From Bugula neritina (Eukaryota > Animalia > Bryozoa), in contig OZ037771.1 of assembly GCA_964035545.1 (NCBI GenBank), positions 1,747,628 to 1,811,627 on the forward strand: DNA of 64,000 bases, written 5' to 3'. A program made the translations under genes and the position numbers. A model generated the notes under the pieces. The model saw only the letters and a program-made list of their open reading frames with translations. It was not told the origin of the DNA and made no database searches. Positions 34,801 to 49,800 of this stretch are shown here, one piece after another (the stretch's first letter is position 1; the number at the start of each line of letters is the position of its first letter).

Positions 34801-37800
34801 GCCATTATCTCTCTGATTGATTTACAGCATTATGTGAAGTTTTCCTTACTCACAGCAATAATAGGAGTTATCCTTACACCCAGCGATATTAAGAGTTGTC
34901 TTCACTCACACTAATGTGAAGAGTTGTACCCACTCACAGTAATATTAGTAGTTGTCCTTACTCACACTATTCATGTCGATGCCGTTTGTGTCACTCCAAG
35001 AGTGAAAAAATGCGTCGTGCATTCTTTTAGACAGATTCTCCGGGATAACGTGAAAGGAAATGAAGTCTTTGATGGATCTGGTTTTGGTCTGCATTTCCTC
35101 CGACCCCTGATACATTCTCATCATAATTGATGAGAAATTACCAAATATGACTGCAGACATCAATGCTGTAAGTAAACACAAGCAAAAAATCAAGAAATTC
35201 GTTGCTTGTAATAATTTTTTTATAAAAGATTTATATGAGAAAGCTCTGAGCATTCGCGCCCATAAAACGTTCATTCCAATATTTATATTAAATTAGTATA
35301 GCCTTTTAAATAAATAAATTGTAAAACATGTAAAAGAATTATCATCTAGAAAATATATTATGCAATATAATTTAGTATTGTTGTTACTAATAGGAATTAA
35401 TTTTTATCAAGCTGCACAATTCATGTATATTTAAATTATCATAGCACAATATTATAAAATGAGATTATGAAATAGTATTACAAAATCGTATAACAATATT
35501 GTTAGCCAACTAAGCAATGGGTATATTTATAAAAAACGAGGTCACATCTGAATAGAACAGCACGGTTCTTAACATATTTTACAGCATTTTGTCAGCGGTG
35601 CTTAAAATAATTACAATAAGAAGTATTTAATGCTGAATAGTTTTAACGTTATATCACAAGATATTAGAAATCCCATAACTTCAAGTTTATTTTCACAGCT
35701 TGAAATCAATAAAATTATGTGAGTTCAGAAATCCAACTGAAGTGTTTATTGAGTTTATGAAAGATGATTATTCTGACTCTTGCAGTCAATATTTCCAACC
35801 CTTTTATATAATTGTCATAACACAATTTATTGTGTATAAAATATTATTTATTAATAATAATCTGCATGCTTCAAGTGTTATCTGCATGCGTAGTGAATGG
35901 TCAAGTGCTATCTACAGGCGACTGGTTTCCGATGCCAACACTTTATATACCTTTAGACCCACTTGTCATTATGACAACAAACAAACTAAGTCTTTAGGTT
36001 TTAGGCTTTTGTATTTGAAGTGATTTTTATAAAGAGAGTTATATTTGTTATAGATGTTTCCTGACGCCATTGAATCTGGAAAGCAGATTGATGCTTTCCA
36101 ATTGACAAAATCTACTCATAAGTGCTTTTGTAAAAACTGCTGATGTTATCATATAATTCAAATAATATGATTAAGTAACTTGTTTTATTCATTTTTACAG
36201 TTTGCATTTAATGTGTGTCTGTTATAATAGCTAAAGTTTCAGCACTTGTTATAATACATTTTATTAAATAATGAAAAGTGCAACAAACCAGCAGAATGTT
36301 TTTAGTTTTAAAACTTGCTGTTCAAATTTATGATTGAAACCCACAACTCATCGCTATTTTTTGTAAACTTTTACTAAACATAGAGCCCAATACAATAGCT
36401 CTTTTAATCAGATGGTAAATTTTACAGCATGATGCATTAGGTCAAAAATATTAATTCAAAACATGTCAATTTTGTGCCAAAAATTAGACAACTTTAGGAA
36501 AGCAACCAATAAAAACAGTTGTACGACCCTTTTACACATAGCAATATTTACTCTCTCTTATTGCAAAGAGTTATTACTAACCTCCAATCATCATAGCAAA
36601 AAGAGAAAACAGCTTCTCGTTGTCTGTGTTTGGTGCAATATTCCCAAAGCCAATACTTGTTAGTGTTGTCATGGTGAAGTACATGGCCGTGACGTAACGC
36701 TCTTGTAAGTTCGGTCCGCTAGTTGTATCATTGGCTAAATATGGTTTGCCTACCGCAACTATAAAATATACACAAATATAGCATAGCAGTTTGACATCAT
36801 GCATATCTGACATAATAATATGATCAATCTAAGAATAAATACTGAAAACTAACCACTATAATTAATTTAAACCAGGTAATTAAATAATACATTTTACGAT
36901 TTGCAAAAACTGATCGTGAGCTTAAAATAAATGACAAATTGGAATAAATACGTACATTAAAACTGGGAGTTCTTTTAAAATATAAAATTTATTTTTACAA
37001 ATGACATTAGCTTTGTCACGTATAAGTGTGACTTGTGAATTATCAAAACAGTGAAGTTTACCTGCCAGTGCATCCAACCAGCCTATTGGTGCATCCAGGT
37101 GTTTCCTCTCCATGTAGGCTATGATGTAGAAGATGCAGGCCAGCCAATGAGAGATGAGAGCAAAGGAAAGAAGCATCAGCAAGAGTGTGGCTGTAGCGTA
37201 CTGTGAGTATTGATCAGCCCTCCTAGCTACCCTTAGCAGTCTCAGGAGTCGGACTAGCTTCAGTACACCCGTAATAGTGAGTGTCTGTAGACAGGAACAT
37301 AGGCTAGCATTAAAGTTATTGTATTTACATGCACACCCAAGTGGTTTATACAATAATTACAAAACAGGTAAAATAAACCTGCAATGTACATGTCAATATA
37401 TAATGTTATGTTTTCAACATTAATCTATTACTATATTCATACAACTATAACTTTATAATACAAATATTTTAAAACATTTGTGAGCAGCACAATAATATTA
37501 TTAAAAGTCTTTATAATTTAAAGCAAATTGGTTGCATAGAAAAGACTTGATATAATAATGCAAACTAACACAAAGCCTGTAAAATAAGCATGTTAGTGTT
37601 AAGCAGTTGTTAAAGAACACTGATATATTATCAAAATATTATATCTATTTTTCTCCATTTAGGAAAACTCGGAGAGGTTTGAGCCAGCATTATATCAAAT
37701 TGTTTGGCATTGCCTAGAAAGATTTTATTTACTGTTACATAAAATTGTGAAAAGCTGAGTAGAGTGAATATAGCATGCCATAGCTAAAATGCAGCATAGA

Positions 37801-40800
37801 TAATATTCTATTATCACCTATAAAGAGAGAGTTTAAAAATTCTAAACCAGTCAATACATAAAAAAGTTTTAGAGTACAATCATGAATTGCTACAAAATAA
37901 TGATACATTTTAGCACACTAGTTAATTATAATAGAAGTGCCACCTTGGTTGTTACTACATGCAGTAGGGTGTAGGTTATAAAAAAGATGCATTCTATTGA
38001 AATATGAAATACCGGAACTATAGTAAATCAAGAAGTAGAAAAAAATGTCTTCAAATCGAAGATGCTAATACTATAATAAGAGAAATTTACTTACATCTGA
38101 TGTGCCAGAGCCAAAGAAGAGAAGGTCAAAGGGTATAGCAGCGACAGCATCGATGACAAACCATCCTTTCATATAATGCACAGCTATTTGTTTGGAGTTA
38201 CTCACCACTTCTCCACCTTTGACAAATGTAGTCCTGAAAGAGCAATCTCTCACTAGTGAGTTATATGGCCATGTAGAGATGATTACTCTAACATTTAGTA
38301 AGGTTTGCTAGCTTCAAAACATGACTCAGAAGTAATTACATTAAGGCTTACTAACAAATATTTGCTGACTTTGTACATGAGTTGCCCTGAAAGTGGTGTT
38401 TTAATTCTTCATACAATTAAGTAAATGACCTTGACATAGCAGACAGAACCTTAAATACTGAAAGTTAGACTTTGAAATTCTAATTTAATGACTGGCTTTT
38501 TTAGAAAGAGTGTTTAGTTACATCTGATGAGCTCAAAATTCCCTTACAGTTATGGCGGTAGTTTTCCAACAAGTTTTGTGTAAATTATTTATCATATTTT
38601 TCTTACCTGAAGTTAATAATAATGTCTGCTATGAACATCAAATCTACCAGCAGATCTACAAACACGAGAGGGTCTTCAATCACATAGTCTGCATTCTTCA
38701 GTCGTGTCGCTTGATCGTCGTTTAAATTCATCCTCACCTCTATAAGAAATTCTGACATGAGAGAAATTTTTATCATTGCAACAATACAGCACTCCACCCA
38801 AAAGTCAAACAAGAAATTTAATTGTGCTATAACCAGACTTGAAGATATGAACTATTTAGAGTAAATAGAGTTGACAATGTATTGACTATTAAAATGAATA
38901 ATTTTTATGCATCAACTACCAAAAGAAAAATTATAATTTGGATATAAATATTAGTTGTAAATTAATATTATTTTTTTTCTTTTTATATTATTTAAAATAT
39001 GCTTGTAGGTAATATTATTTTGGAAATCAATTTTTCAGCTCTTCAAGCCTGTAAAGAGTAAAATTTTTTAAAATATTTCAGTTTCAGAACCTTATGTATA
39101 TAAAATAATGTTACGTACTCTACGATTTAAGAACTTTCCGGAATAAACCTTAAAATATTTCAGAAAAATTTCAATAGCATAACATATAACTCAAAATGAA
39201 ATACACACAATTTCCTGGAACCACTGTACATTGTCTTATAAAAGTATTAATACTTTAGCAGATACATTTATGCTTTACATTGTTCAATGATTAATGTTAA
39301 AAAGATATTATACAACTACAATAACAATATATAATATTAAGGGTATTAACATATCACATTATGAGTAATAAGAATATTTCATTTTTTATGTACTATAACC
39401 AAATAGTTAACTGAAAATGCCAAACAAATTAGTAGAAAAAACTGACCCGTTTCGTTGACTTGGAAAGCAACAATGTACGGCGTAAAGACGGCTGTGTACA
39501 GGACCAGAAGCAGTACTATCCAATCCCAGACGGCCTTGAAAGGAGAGTAATGGAGAATAGTGCATTTTGGGACAGGTGTCTGTCTGTCTTCAAACTCTAT
39601 CGGCCTGAGAGAAGACAGAATGTTTCTGTAGTGTTGAGCAGATACAGTTAGACCTCTAAACAACATGCCACTTTTGCCCATGCTGCCAATAACGACAGCA
39701 GTAATCACACTATCAGCTGCTCTGAACGCAAAGTTTCCTTTCTGGATGAATGAATGAGAGAATTTATCTTGCAATACATAGCATTTATTGAGAACAACTT
39801 GGGAACGCAGAACATGTCAGGAGTGGATACAGAATTACCCCCTTTACACGGATGAACTAATCCCCAACTAAAATGACTGCGGATATTAATTTAATATGTT
39901 ATGCATTTTCATTCACTTCACAAATTTTATTGCTAGAAAGCTGTAGGTTCTTTTTCAAAAATGTATTAGCTATTTAATGCAGGTTCATATAAACATTCAC
40001 AAGGCTTTATATATCACCTTATAGTCGAAGCAGCGCTATGACAGCCTTTGACTAAAGGCACCTCATTAATCCACCCCTTTTTCAATATGAATGCAAACAG
40101 ACCTTATGCAAATAGCCTTTATTTATATCAAGTAATGAATAAATTACAGATTGATTTTTTAATGCTTTTTGATTTGCCTAACGATAAATAAAACTAGAGT
40201 ATCCTGGCAGGAAATAAAAGCTCCCTAAAATAATAAATACTATAAATAGCATTCAGGGGTTAATAATTGCCAGCTTCCTTAAAATATTGACTTGAACACA
40301 AACAATGAAAACATATTCTATTACATGAATCAAAATAGCTAGCGGCTAGCAAGCTTTTGCATATAACAGTTGCTTAGCTGTTGCTAAAGATCTATACCAT
40401 AGGTAAATCATCGTTAGGGGCTGGTCAATTGCCGACCTGAAAGTATAAAGTGGTTATGCACCACACAGCTTTACTTGAAGCTGTGGCTATGCATCCCGCT
40501 GCGTGAGATTGTATGTATTAGCTCATCTCTCAACAGCTGTTAGACTTGTTTGGCAATATTGAGTATTTTCAAATGTCATCAGCCATTTGACTGGTATACC
40601 CCTATCCCTTCAGCCAATCATGTATGAGCTACTATTAAGCCAACCATAATTCCATCTTATTTTTAGGCAATTCATAGTTTAAAGATACATGAATTTTTCT
40701 GGTAGTTGATTTGATTTTGTCCTTATTGTGGCTGTTTATATTAGCATTTCAGTCGCACTAACAGAACTCTTTCAGATATGCCCATAATAAAATATTTTTT

Positions 40801-43800
40801 AAACTTGTAATGAAATGTGTCCATTGTTGATTCTCAAAAAGGAAGTCAGGACTGCATTTGATCATCATTCGCTTTTTTATTTGTTCATATGGTGGCATTC
40901 TATTTCTCCCTCAACTCTATTCATTATTATATGCATCAATATATCTGAGACAGGCCGGCAGTTTTATGTGACTGAGGTGAATGAATTATCTATTAAATGT
41001 GTATCTAAACAACTATATAGAGGCCAGTGCACTGATTGCTACAGTATTTAGAAGGAAATCAATTATTGTTACATATTAAGTGTTCTGCGTGCTGACTTAT
41101 GCAATATACTAAGGAGTAATTAATATTTATACAAGGGAGTTTCACTAGGTTAGCAAAATCAATGTTGTGTATATAAGCTTATTATTAGGTGTGTTATAGT
41201 ACTTATCATGACAGCCAAACAGAGCAAAATAGAGTTGATTCATGAACTAGATGAGGCATAATGCTACAAATAATATTAGACGAAATAGTTCTTTCTGCTC
41301 ATTTTGCTTTAAATATAATACGATAAAATTTCTTGGTTAGTAGACACATTGAACTTGCATTTAGGTGCGGATAAAGGTGTGTTTATGCTTTCACTCAGTA
41401 AAGTACCAAGCTTCACTCATCCTAGCGCATATTTATAGCTTTACTGGAACTGGTTGAAATTATATTGATGAGGGCTGTCACTTTCTAATAGTAAAATGCG
41501 ATTCATTTAGTTGCTATTTGATGTAAACTGACTCAAGTGAGAAAGATTGATTATATTTTGCTTTGTCTAAAATTCATTCACTTTACTCATGCTACTATAT
41601 TCAGAGCTTTGATGAAGAAAGTTACAAATAATTTTTTGATGTCATTGATACAATTTTTCAAGATTGACATGATATACTAGCTGCCAGTTTATTGCTAAGA
41701 AAAGCAATCTTTAAAGTTGATGAATAAAGTTATTTAAATTTTGTAATTGGCATATTATAACATGTCCCCTTTATGCTGCTCAATGACTAATATTTATTTG
41801 AAAATATATTAATTTTATTGAAAAGTTTTGCTATAAAATGCAGGAGTTGTCTACCTAATGCTAATGTTTATTAGATTTCATTATTTAAATTCTCAAAGTG
41901 TGATTTGCATGATATAATAAACATATTATTTAAATTTGGGAAGGAAATTTATCTAGCTGAAAATAATAACATAAAATGTCAAATTTGTGCTAATACAGTT
42001 GTTGCTACTCATTTAACATTTGATGAAACTTTTGTACTGTGAAAATATCAAGAATATAACTCATCATGCTTTAAAATGCCTCTACTAGCTCTTAAAGAGT
42101 AGAACAACTCATACTAAAGATATGATACTTTCATCCTCATTTATAAATGCTTATAGTGAACATGGGGTTTGTGACTTTGGAAGTTGCCTTCTTTAATAAT
42201 AGAATACTAAATTGCTGATGTAACTTTAGCTTGATCAGTTACTAGGTGGAAGAGATTACAACTCCATATAGCAAAACATAGGTAAAATTCTAATTTGGAG
42301 TGGGTGTATTAATGATATTATGATATTATGCTATTAGAATATAATACTATTATATTACGTATCCACTTACTCTAGCATAGACTCTTCGGTAAGAGCTAAA
42401 GATCCGTTTCCATATTCTGATCCCTGCAAGAGATTCAGTATATATAATACATCAGCTATACATTAACTGTTACACTATAGGCATGTTATTCAGTATATAC
42501 AACATTAGCCATAATACACCAAATGTGTTTTCAGATATAATGTTGATCAATAGATTATATGGTATTATATTTGGTATTCTTATAGACTTAGTTGAAGTGG
42601 ACAGTTTTATATTTATACAATATATTCTGAGATGATGGCTTCAGCAAGATAACTAGAAGTTATAACCCATAACTTCATTTTTCACACAAATGCTATTAAA
42701 ATTGTAATGGAGATGAATAATACATAGATTTGAGTAAAGCTAAGATTTATTTGGCAAGTAAGTCTTAGTGAAATGATCCTGCTTACGACATGAGTCTTAG
42801 TTTTGACCAGCATCTAATGTAAACTTGAATAAATATGAAATGTTTCAGCAACTTATAGACAACAATTGATGCATAGTTATTTTGAATTTATATACATTTA
42901 ACAAAAATCTCATGTTTACTGTCTTCTATCAATTTTAAGAGCTGAAAGATTTTTTAGTAGATTTCCTTTTTCCTTCAAAAAACTTATTCACACACAAGCA
43001 TTGTATGAGTAGGCTTAAGCTATTTCGATAATAAAGAAACTACAATGATGAAAAGAGCAAACAAAGGACGTGCACCCAGTCTAGCTTACAGTGACAAATC
43101 GTTTCTCAAAACAACAGAAGTGTCTTATTCTTCACTTTTATGGAGATAAAGCAAAACAAAACAAAAGAGTATATAATTTACTATTCTATAGCAATGCTGG
43201 GTAAACTACGCCAGCCATGTTAGAGTAATTCTAAATTCTCAACCCGCAAACTAGTAATTTTGTTACTTTCCCTGCTTTCAGTTTTGACCTCAGAGAAACA
43301 ATTGAAAAAAAGCTATTATTCAAAGTTAGAATAGATCTTTGCATCCTAAGAATTATGCTGAAATTGAGTCGTATGGTGATTATATGTATATCTTTAGTGA
43401 TGGTGGATAACAAGTAACAAAATCATTTAACATTAATTGAAAAAAGTCAACCCATGATTTGTAGAATTTAATTATAATTTGTAAAACTTTATACACTTTT
43501 TGGTATTATATTAGTCACTAGCTGTCACTTATAGATGCATTTTTTATTAATCTTTCAGGCATATATGTTATACATAATCTCTATAACATAAGGCTGTTAG
43601 AATAGATAAACTTACTTAGAATAGAAAAGGGTTTGTCAATATAAATATATTATACAAGTTGGAATGTGAGATGTTGAAACATTCAGCTTTTAATAGGAGT
43701 TTAGCTAAGCTGTTAACATTTAAAAAAATATACTGAATCACATTTTAACTCTACCCTGATACCCTGCAAATTGATGTATTTGTCTAACTACATAAACTAT

Positions 43801-46800
43801 ACCATTATATGCTCTACAAGATGAATGTGGCATGGAGTGATTATACCATAACACGCGGTGGTTATTTTATAATGGTTATTTCTCAAACATATTTCATCAC
43901 TCACAACTTAATGTATAGCTCTACACTACAATTTTAGCATAGTAGACAATTTCTACCTAAAAGTGTAGTATAATTAGGCATTGTAAAAAGACTTGTATTA
44001 TAATATTCTAGACATCTATTCACTGCATGATGGCTACTCTATTACATTAGTTTGAGATACACTATCTAATAATACCTTAGCCTCTCTTTCAGCTCTCTCA
44101 AACACTCGCTGCAAATCGTGGACATTAATATGTCCATGCAGCACGCATTTACTTCTGCTTCGATGATTTTCTGAGAAATTCTCTGAGTTTTCAGCCATAA
44201 AAGTGTTACCAATAAGACGATACATTTTACTTGTTTAGACTTTTCTCCTAAGTATATAGATGAGCAGGCAGCAAAGTTAGCTTTTCATATCGTAGAGAAA
44301 AGTGGTTAGATTACAGCCCAGCAGCAGTTTAATTGAAGAATTAGCAGCATGAGACTGACTTATAGGTTTAACCTCTACTGAGCAGCAGTAACTGTAGTGT
44401 ATGCTTAGCTAATGGTATGCAAATATATTGGAACTGTTTATAGGTTTCTATTAAAATGTGCATTAGATCACTAATTAAACACTGCTGCAGATTGCCTGAT
44501 GGCATGTACTCTCTAATAAATAGATAAGTCAGCAGTTTGCAGTGAATATAGTAAATAATATTTCTCAACCCACCAAAAACTAGTTGTTACCAAATTAAAT
44601 TTGCATAAAGCCTTAAGATTATTTCACTTACAATTAAATTGTGAAATACAATAAAGTGTATAATTTCACTTTTCTGAAAGAATGTATAATATTCTCAATT
44701 TTTCAACTACTATACACTTTAATATTACAGCTAATATACATTGACAACTTAAGGTAGATGTGTAATAATATTACTGTTATGTGCTATTATAAAGTAAAAC
44801 TTTACTCTACGTATTGCGTATTTGCAAGATAACTTTTTGCACAATGGTTATTGATATTGCAGCTGCATAAAAGCAGCTTTCATAAGCATATTGATTGATT
44901 CAAAGATATATAATACTTAGTGAAAAAGGTTTAACAATGTCCAGTATCATTATAATAATAGTTTAATTACTTTTTGCAATATACTTTGAATTATATTAAG
45001 CTCTACTTTTAAATATTATTGAGTGCTTAATATGTTTCTATGGCTACTTTATCCTTGGGCCAGTAGTTTAACAGTTGTGTTGAATGTTTCACTAAAAAAG
45101 ATACTTTCGTTTCTATGCATTAAATTGTGTGCTAAAACATTTAGGAGAGCTCAAGGTTTTATAAAAGTTGATAATTAAAATAAAAGATCGAAAAAGCAAA
45201 ATAAGATTACTACCAACCTTTTGCTTTTAGAGCAATTTTCAATTTTCAATTTTATATTTGTTAATGTTTTATTAGCCTATTTTTTAGATTAAATAGACCA
45301 TTAACTACAATACACATTGTGCAATATTACATTATTTAATATAACATATAAGCTAGGGTTGGCATCGATTTTCATTACAACTAAAAATGGATGTAATATT
45401 GGTAAATAATATATTATTTATAACATAATATGATACAGTTGAAGTATAATTGCAATACTAAGTATTTGCAGTTAAACCCACAAGCTCAAACAGATCAAAA
45501 ACCAAATTCCTGCATCCGGAAATGGATGAATTTGATGAACTGTCAAGCTATTATATTTGCTAAATACATATACTCTCATATCCCTTGTGTTACTCTATAT
45601 ATAACAAAGAAAATCTGAAATCGGATGCCATAAAGCTATTGAGATAAGCAAATAAAATAAAGCATAATATAATCTTGATTATTCAGCAGTGCATATAATA
45701 ATGCTGCGCTTACCAGTTGAGATATAGCTCAGGTTAATTAGATTGTCCAACGTTTGAACGTAACAACTAATTAATTACAATGCTCGTGTGATGTACTTTT
45801 CAACATTAGCTTATCAAAACCTAAATGAAATGAATTTGTATGCATTCAACATTCAATGTATTAAACTATTATTGCTTAATTGGTATTATTATAATATACT
45901 GTAATTCTAAATACACTTGGGCAGAAAGTTATGGCACCATCCTTGTTTTAGAAGTTGGTGTGTAAAATACAATTTTGTGCAAAACTTCACATACATTTTT
46001 TAAATAAATTTTATTAAATTTTTATAAATTTTTAGCATATTGCCTTTATTCAAAAACAAAATTTAAGTCTTTGTTAAAAAAATGAAAAAATGTTGAAAAA
46101 GTGCATATATTTGAAAGTTCATACAAAGTAATTAATTGTTCTTCATGTATATCACAATACAACTTGCTAAGGCCCGATTTGATCAGTAAGTGTGAGTATA
46201 ATAGATCATTGCACATATAAATATTATTTAAACAACCAAGTCTACATTACAGTCTAAACTGAGTGTTGCCTAAAAAATAAAACTCAAATTTGTGAACTCA
46301 AAGTGTATTTTTTATTACAGACCCAAAATATTAATCACAAACTATTTGATTAATGCAATGTCCTTTAACTTACAGCTTCAAATATTTCGGTATTATATAA
46401 TTTTATAAATTCGAATTGGTTTTGATTTTATATATTTACAAAACATCAGTTAATTTTCAATTTTTAATACAATATCCAGCTTGGTAAGAAGTTTATGCAC
46501 CTCAACATGATAAAATAATGTGCACATAATTCCTCAATTAGCTATTAAAATTGGATAACAATCTAGGTTGTAGAATATAATAAAAAAGTATAAAAATATC
46601 TTAATAATTTAGCATGAAACTTGTGCAGATAGACTTAATGAACACTTCTGAAATTGATGCTGTAACTACATGTGGGCTAGAATAAAAAAGGCAGTAGGTA
46701 AACTAGTATATATGCAAGTAATGCATGTAACTTCAAAATTAATACTAAATATAACTGTTTATAGTTTGAATGTAAATAACTTTACATTCTTGCTTTTGCT

Positions 46801-49800
46801 CCAGCTTCAAATACTATGCTTTGTAAAAACTTGCCAAATATATTCATTGGAAAAAAGAATACAAATTTAGCAGTATATGGCAATTATGAGTTCAAATTAT
46901 ATAGTATATATTAATGTGCTTGTAAGAAAAATAACTCGTCATTTCCTTTCAAAGATTCAAGAATATAAGCATCTTTTGACTTGAATTATTTGCTGGAGCT
47001 ACTTATGCAAAAAGAAAACAGTCTTGTACAAACTTATATTTACTATATTATTATATTATTATTCAGTTTTCTTACCCATGGGAGTTAATTGGACTTTGGA
47101 GTTATCTATTCAAAATCATTTTAATGCTCACAACAGGTTCACTTGTTATATTATTGAAAATAGAGTTGCATATGTAATAAAGATGACACAAATAAACTAA
47201 CACTAGATTTGTAACACACGTCATGCTATCTTATAATCATATAGCATATAGCATGTTATATATCTTACTATAGAAAAGTTATATCCATGTCTGTCTATTT
47301 GCCAACTATGCTATCACGTTTCTATAAAGCTTTCAGATTTTAAGTAACATGGATGCCGATCTCATAACAAGACTGGAAGTCACCGGCAGCATATTTACTC
47401 ACTTGTGGCAGCATATTCACGTACCTGAGAGAGAGACTTGCTGTCGGAGTTAGCATTTTCTCTAGCTGACCGTCTCTGTTCCTCAAGGTCGTTCTTGATA
47501 TCATTCAGAATTCTGAACATAATGAAGCGGTTGGCTCTCTGAAATCACAATATATAAGATTTCCTTAAAAATATTATTTTTTATTCATTATTTTTCAAAA
47601 TAACATTATTATATATTTTTTCATAATATATATTATATTATACAATATATATTATATTATACAATATATATTATATTATACAATATATATTAAATACTAT
47701 ACAATATATATTAAATATTATACGATATATAATGTATAATATATATGTGGAATCGTATAAACGAAGCTATTTACTGTTTCCTATTCTCCATTTAGAAAAG
47801 GCTCAAACATATGAAAAATTAATTAGACATGGATACAGGATACAACCTACAGGCTACATATTACAAGTATAATACTGTCTGATTCATGGTTAAAAGAAAC
47901 AATATAAATAAGCATGTTGATGTGACAGAATCTCTAAGGAGATGGTGCATTGTATATCTATTATCAGTGGATCACAGGCTATTATCAGTAGAATAACATA
48001 ATTAAATGGAACAACAACAAATGTTGGTAGAAATATTTATATATACACAACAGTGCATTGATTATTAATATTATATAACAACTGCATGAATACTTTTACA
48101 TGAAAATCAATTGCCCAACGTGAATTCAGATCAACCAAACACAGAAATGTGTCGTGTCTGATATCCATAGCTCATTCATATAATTTATAAGCCAAAAATT
48201 AACACAATTATAATTAGGTTAAACATCAAACTAATGGGAAGTTGTGTAAAAAGTATCAAAATGATTAAATTTAGAAAATTTTTTAATGGAAAGTATGAGC
48301 AAGTTGCTCTGATTGGCACAACATCAGAAGTAAATTTTTGAAAAACAGAGACTATATGTTTTAAAAGAATACATTTTTTCCTATCTCATTCTCGTGCATA
48401 TATTAAAAACCTAAAATTGTTTAACACTTTGAATGCAATCTAAAGAGTTGATATAAGAACAGTCTTATATACACAGTGCAGCTATTTAACAAGCATTCTA
48501 TTTGCATTCCTAATACAGGGGCTGACAACTGACTAACCTAGTTTCTGATTAGCTTGTCTGCAAATTGATGATTCAATTTAAAAATAGAAATGTGTTTATA
48601 AATTATTTATAAATTTAGACAACAAATAAAATATAAGAGTTGATGAATATATCATTATAAACTTTAAAACACAATATATCACGCCATGATGACTGCACCT
48701 TATACATTAATCCCCTGTATGTGCAACTAGGTATATTATTACAACAAATAGTGTGGAAAAAAAGATTAAAAATAACTTATTCATCGTTTAAACCGTATTG
48801 TCAACTTATTTTGAGTTTTCTTACCAGCTTTTGCTGAATATTTTCAGATTACAGAATAAAATGTTAAACAAATTTCTACATCAAGCTAAATGCAAAGTAC
48901 ACAAATTGCCAACTATATCATAAGTTACATCAAGATAAAATTAAGAACTACAACTATAATTGCTGGTTCTAATCATGTTCACCGGAAAGTTTAATTATTA
49001 GAGACATTATAGGCACATAATTGGATTGTTGAAAATTATTGTAATTTTATATCTGGAAATTGCTGTGATTGCTTTTGCACACGTGGGAATAGTTAATTTT
49101 TCAGAGTAAATTACTTTTAGGCATAAATCTTAATAATATGTACAGCTCATCAAAAGTCACAAACATAAATGCTGCAATTTTTCAACATTCACTTGGGATT
49201 TACTTTTAACTATGAATACTACAGTGCCTGGGTGCTAAAATGGTGCTGTGATTGACCAAATAATTATGCAGCCAGAAAAAATTTAATGGTAATTTAACAG
49301 AGTATAAAAGTTTAGAGAAAGGCCTGTAATCTATTCTATACCTCTTGTAATAAAAAACTTATGATACTAGTTTATATATCAATGTTTATTATCATTTTAG
49401 CACAAATAATATAAAGGTTTAACCTAAAATTCACTTTATAAAATACATAATCAATATTTCGGTATGTTACATTGAATCTATTGAATAAGTAGTATGTAGT
49501 TATACAATTTATCACCAAAATATAAAGAAGTTACTAAATTAGAAGCTGCCTGACAAATATTTCATTTTTACATTACCATCATTTCACTCTCGTGACATAA
49601 GAAGGAGCGTATTATAGAGACGCTGCTATGACACCCTTCAGCTGTATTTTGCAGCTAAATTGTAATATACTCGTATGTACTTCTCATCTTACTTTCTTCT
49701 GGATTATCTAACTTACTTTTTGATTATAATAACTCACTTCTTGGTTATTCAACTTACTTATTACCTACCAAACTCCTATAATAACTTACTTCTTGGTAAT

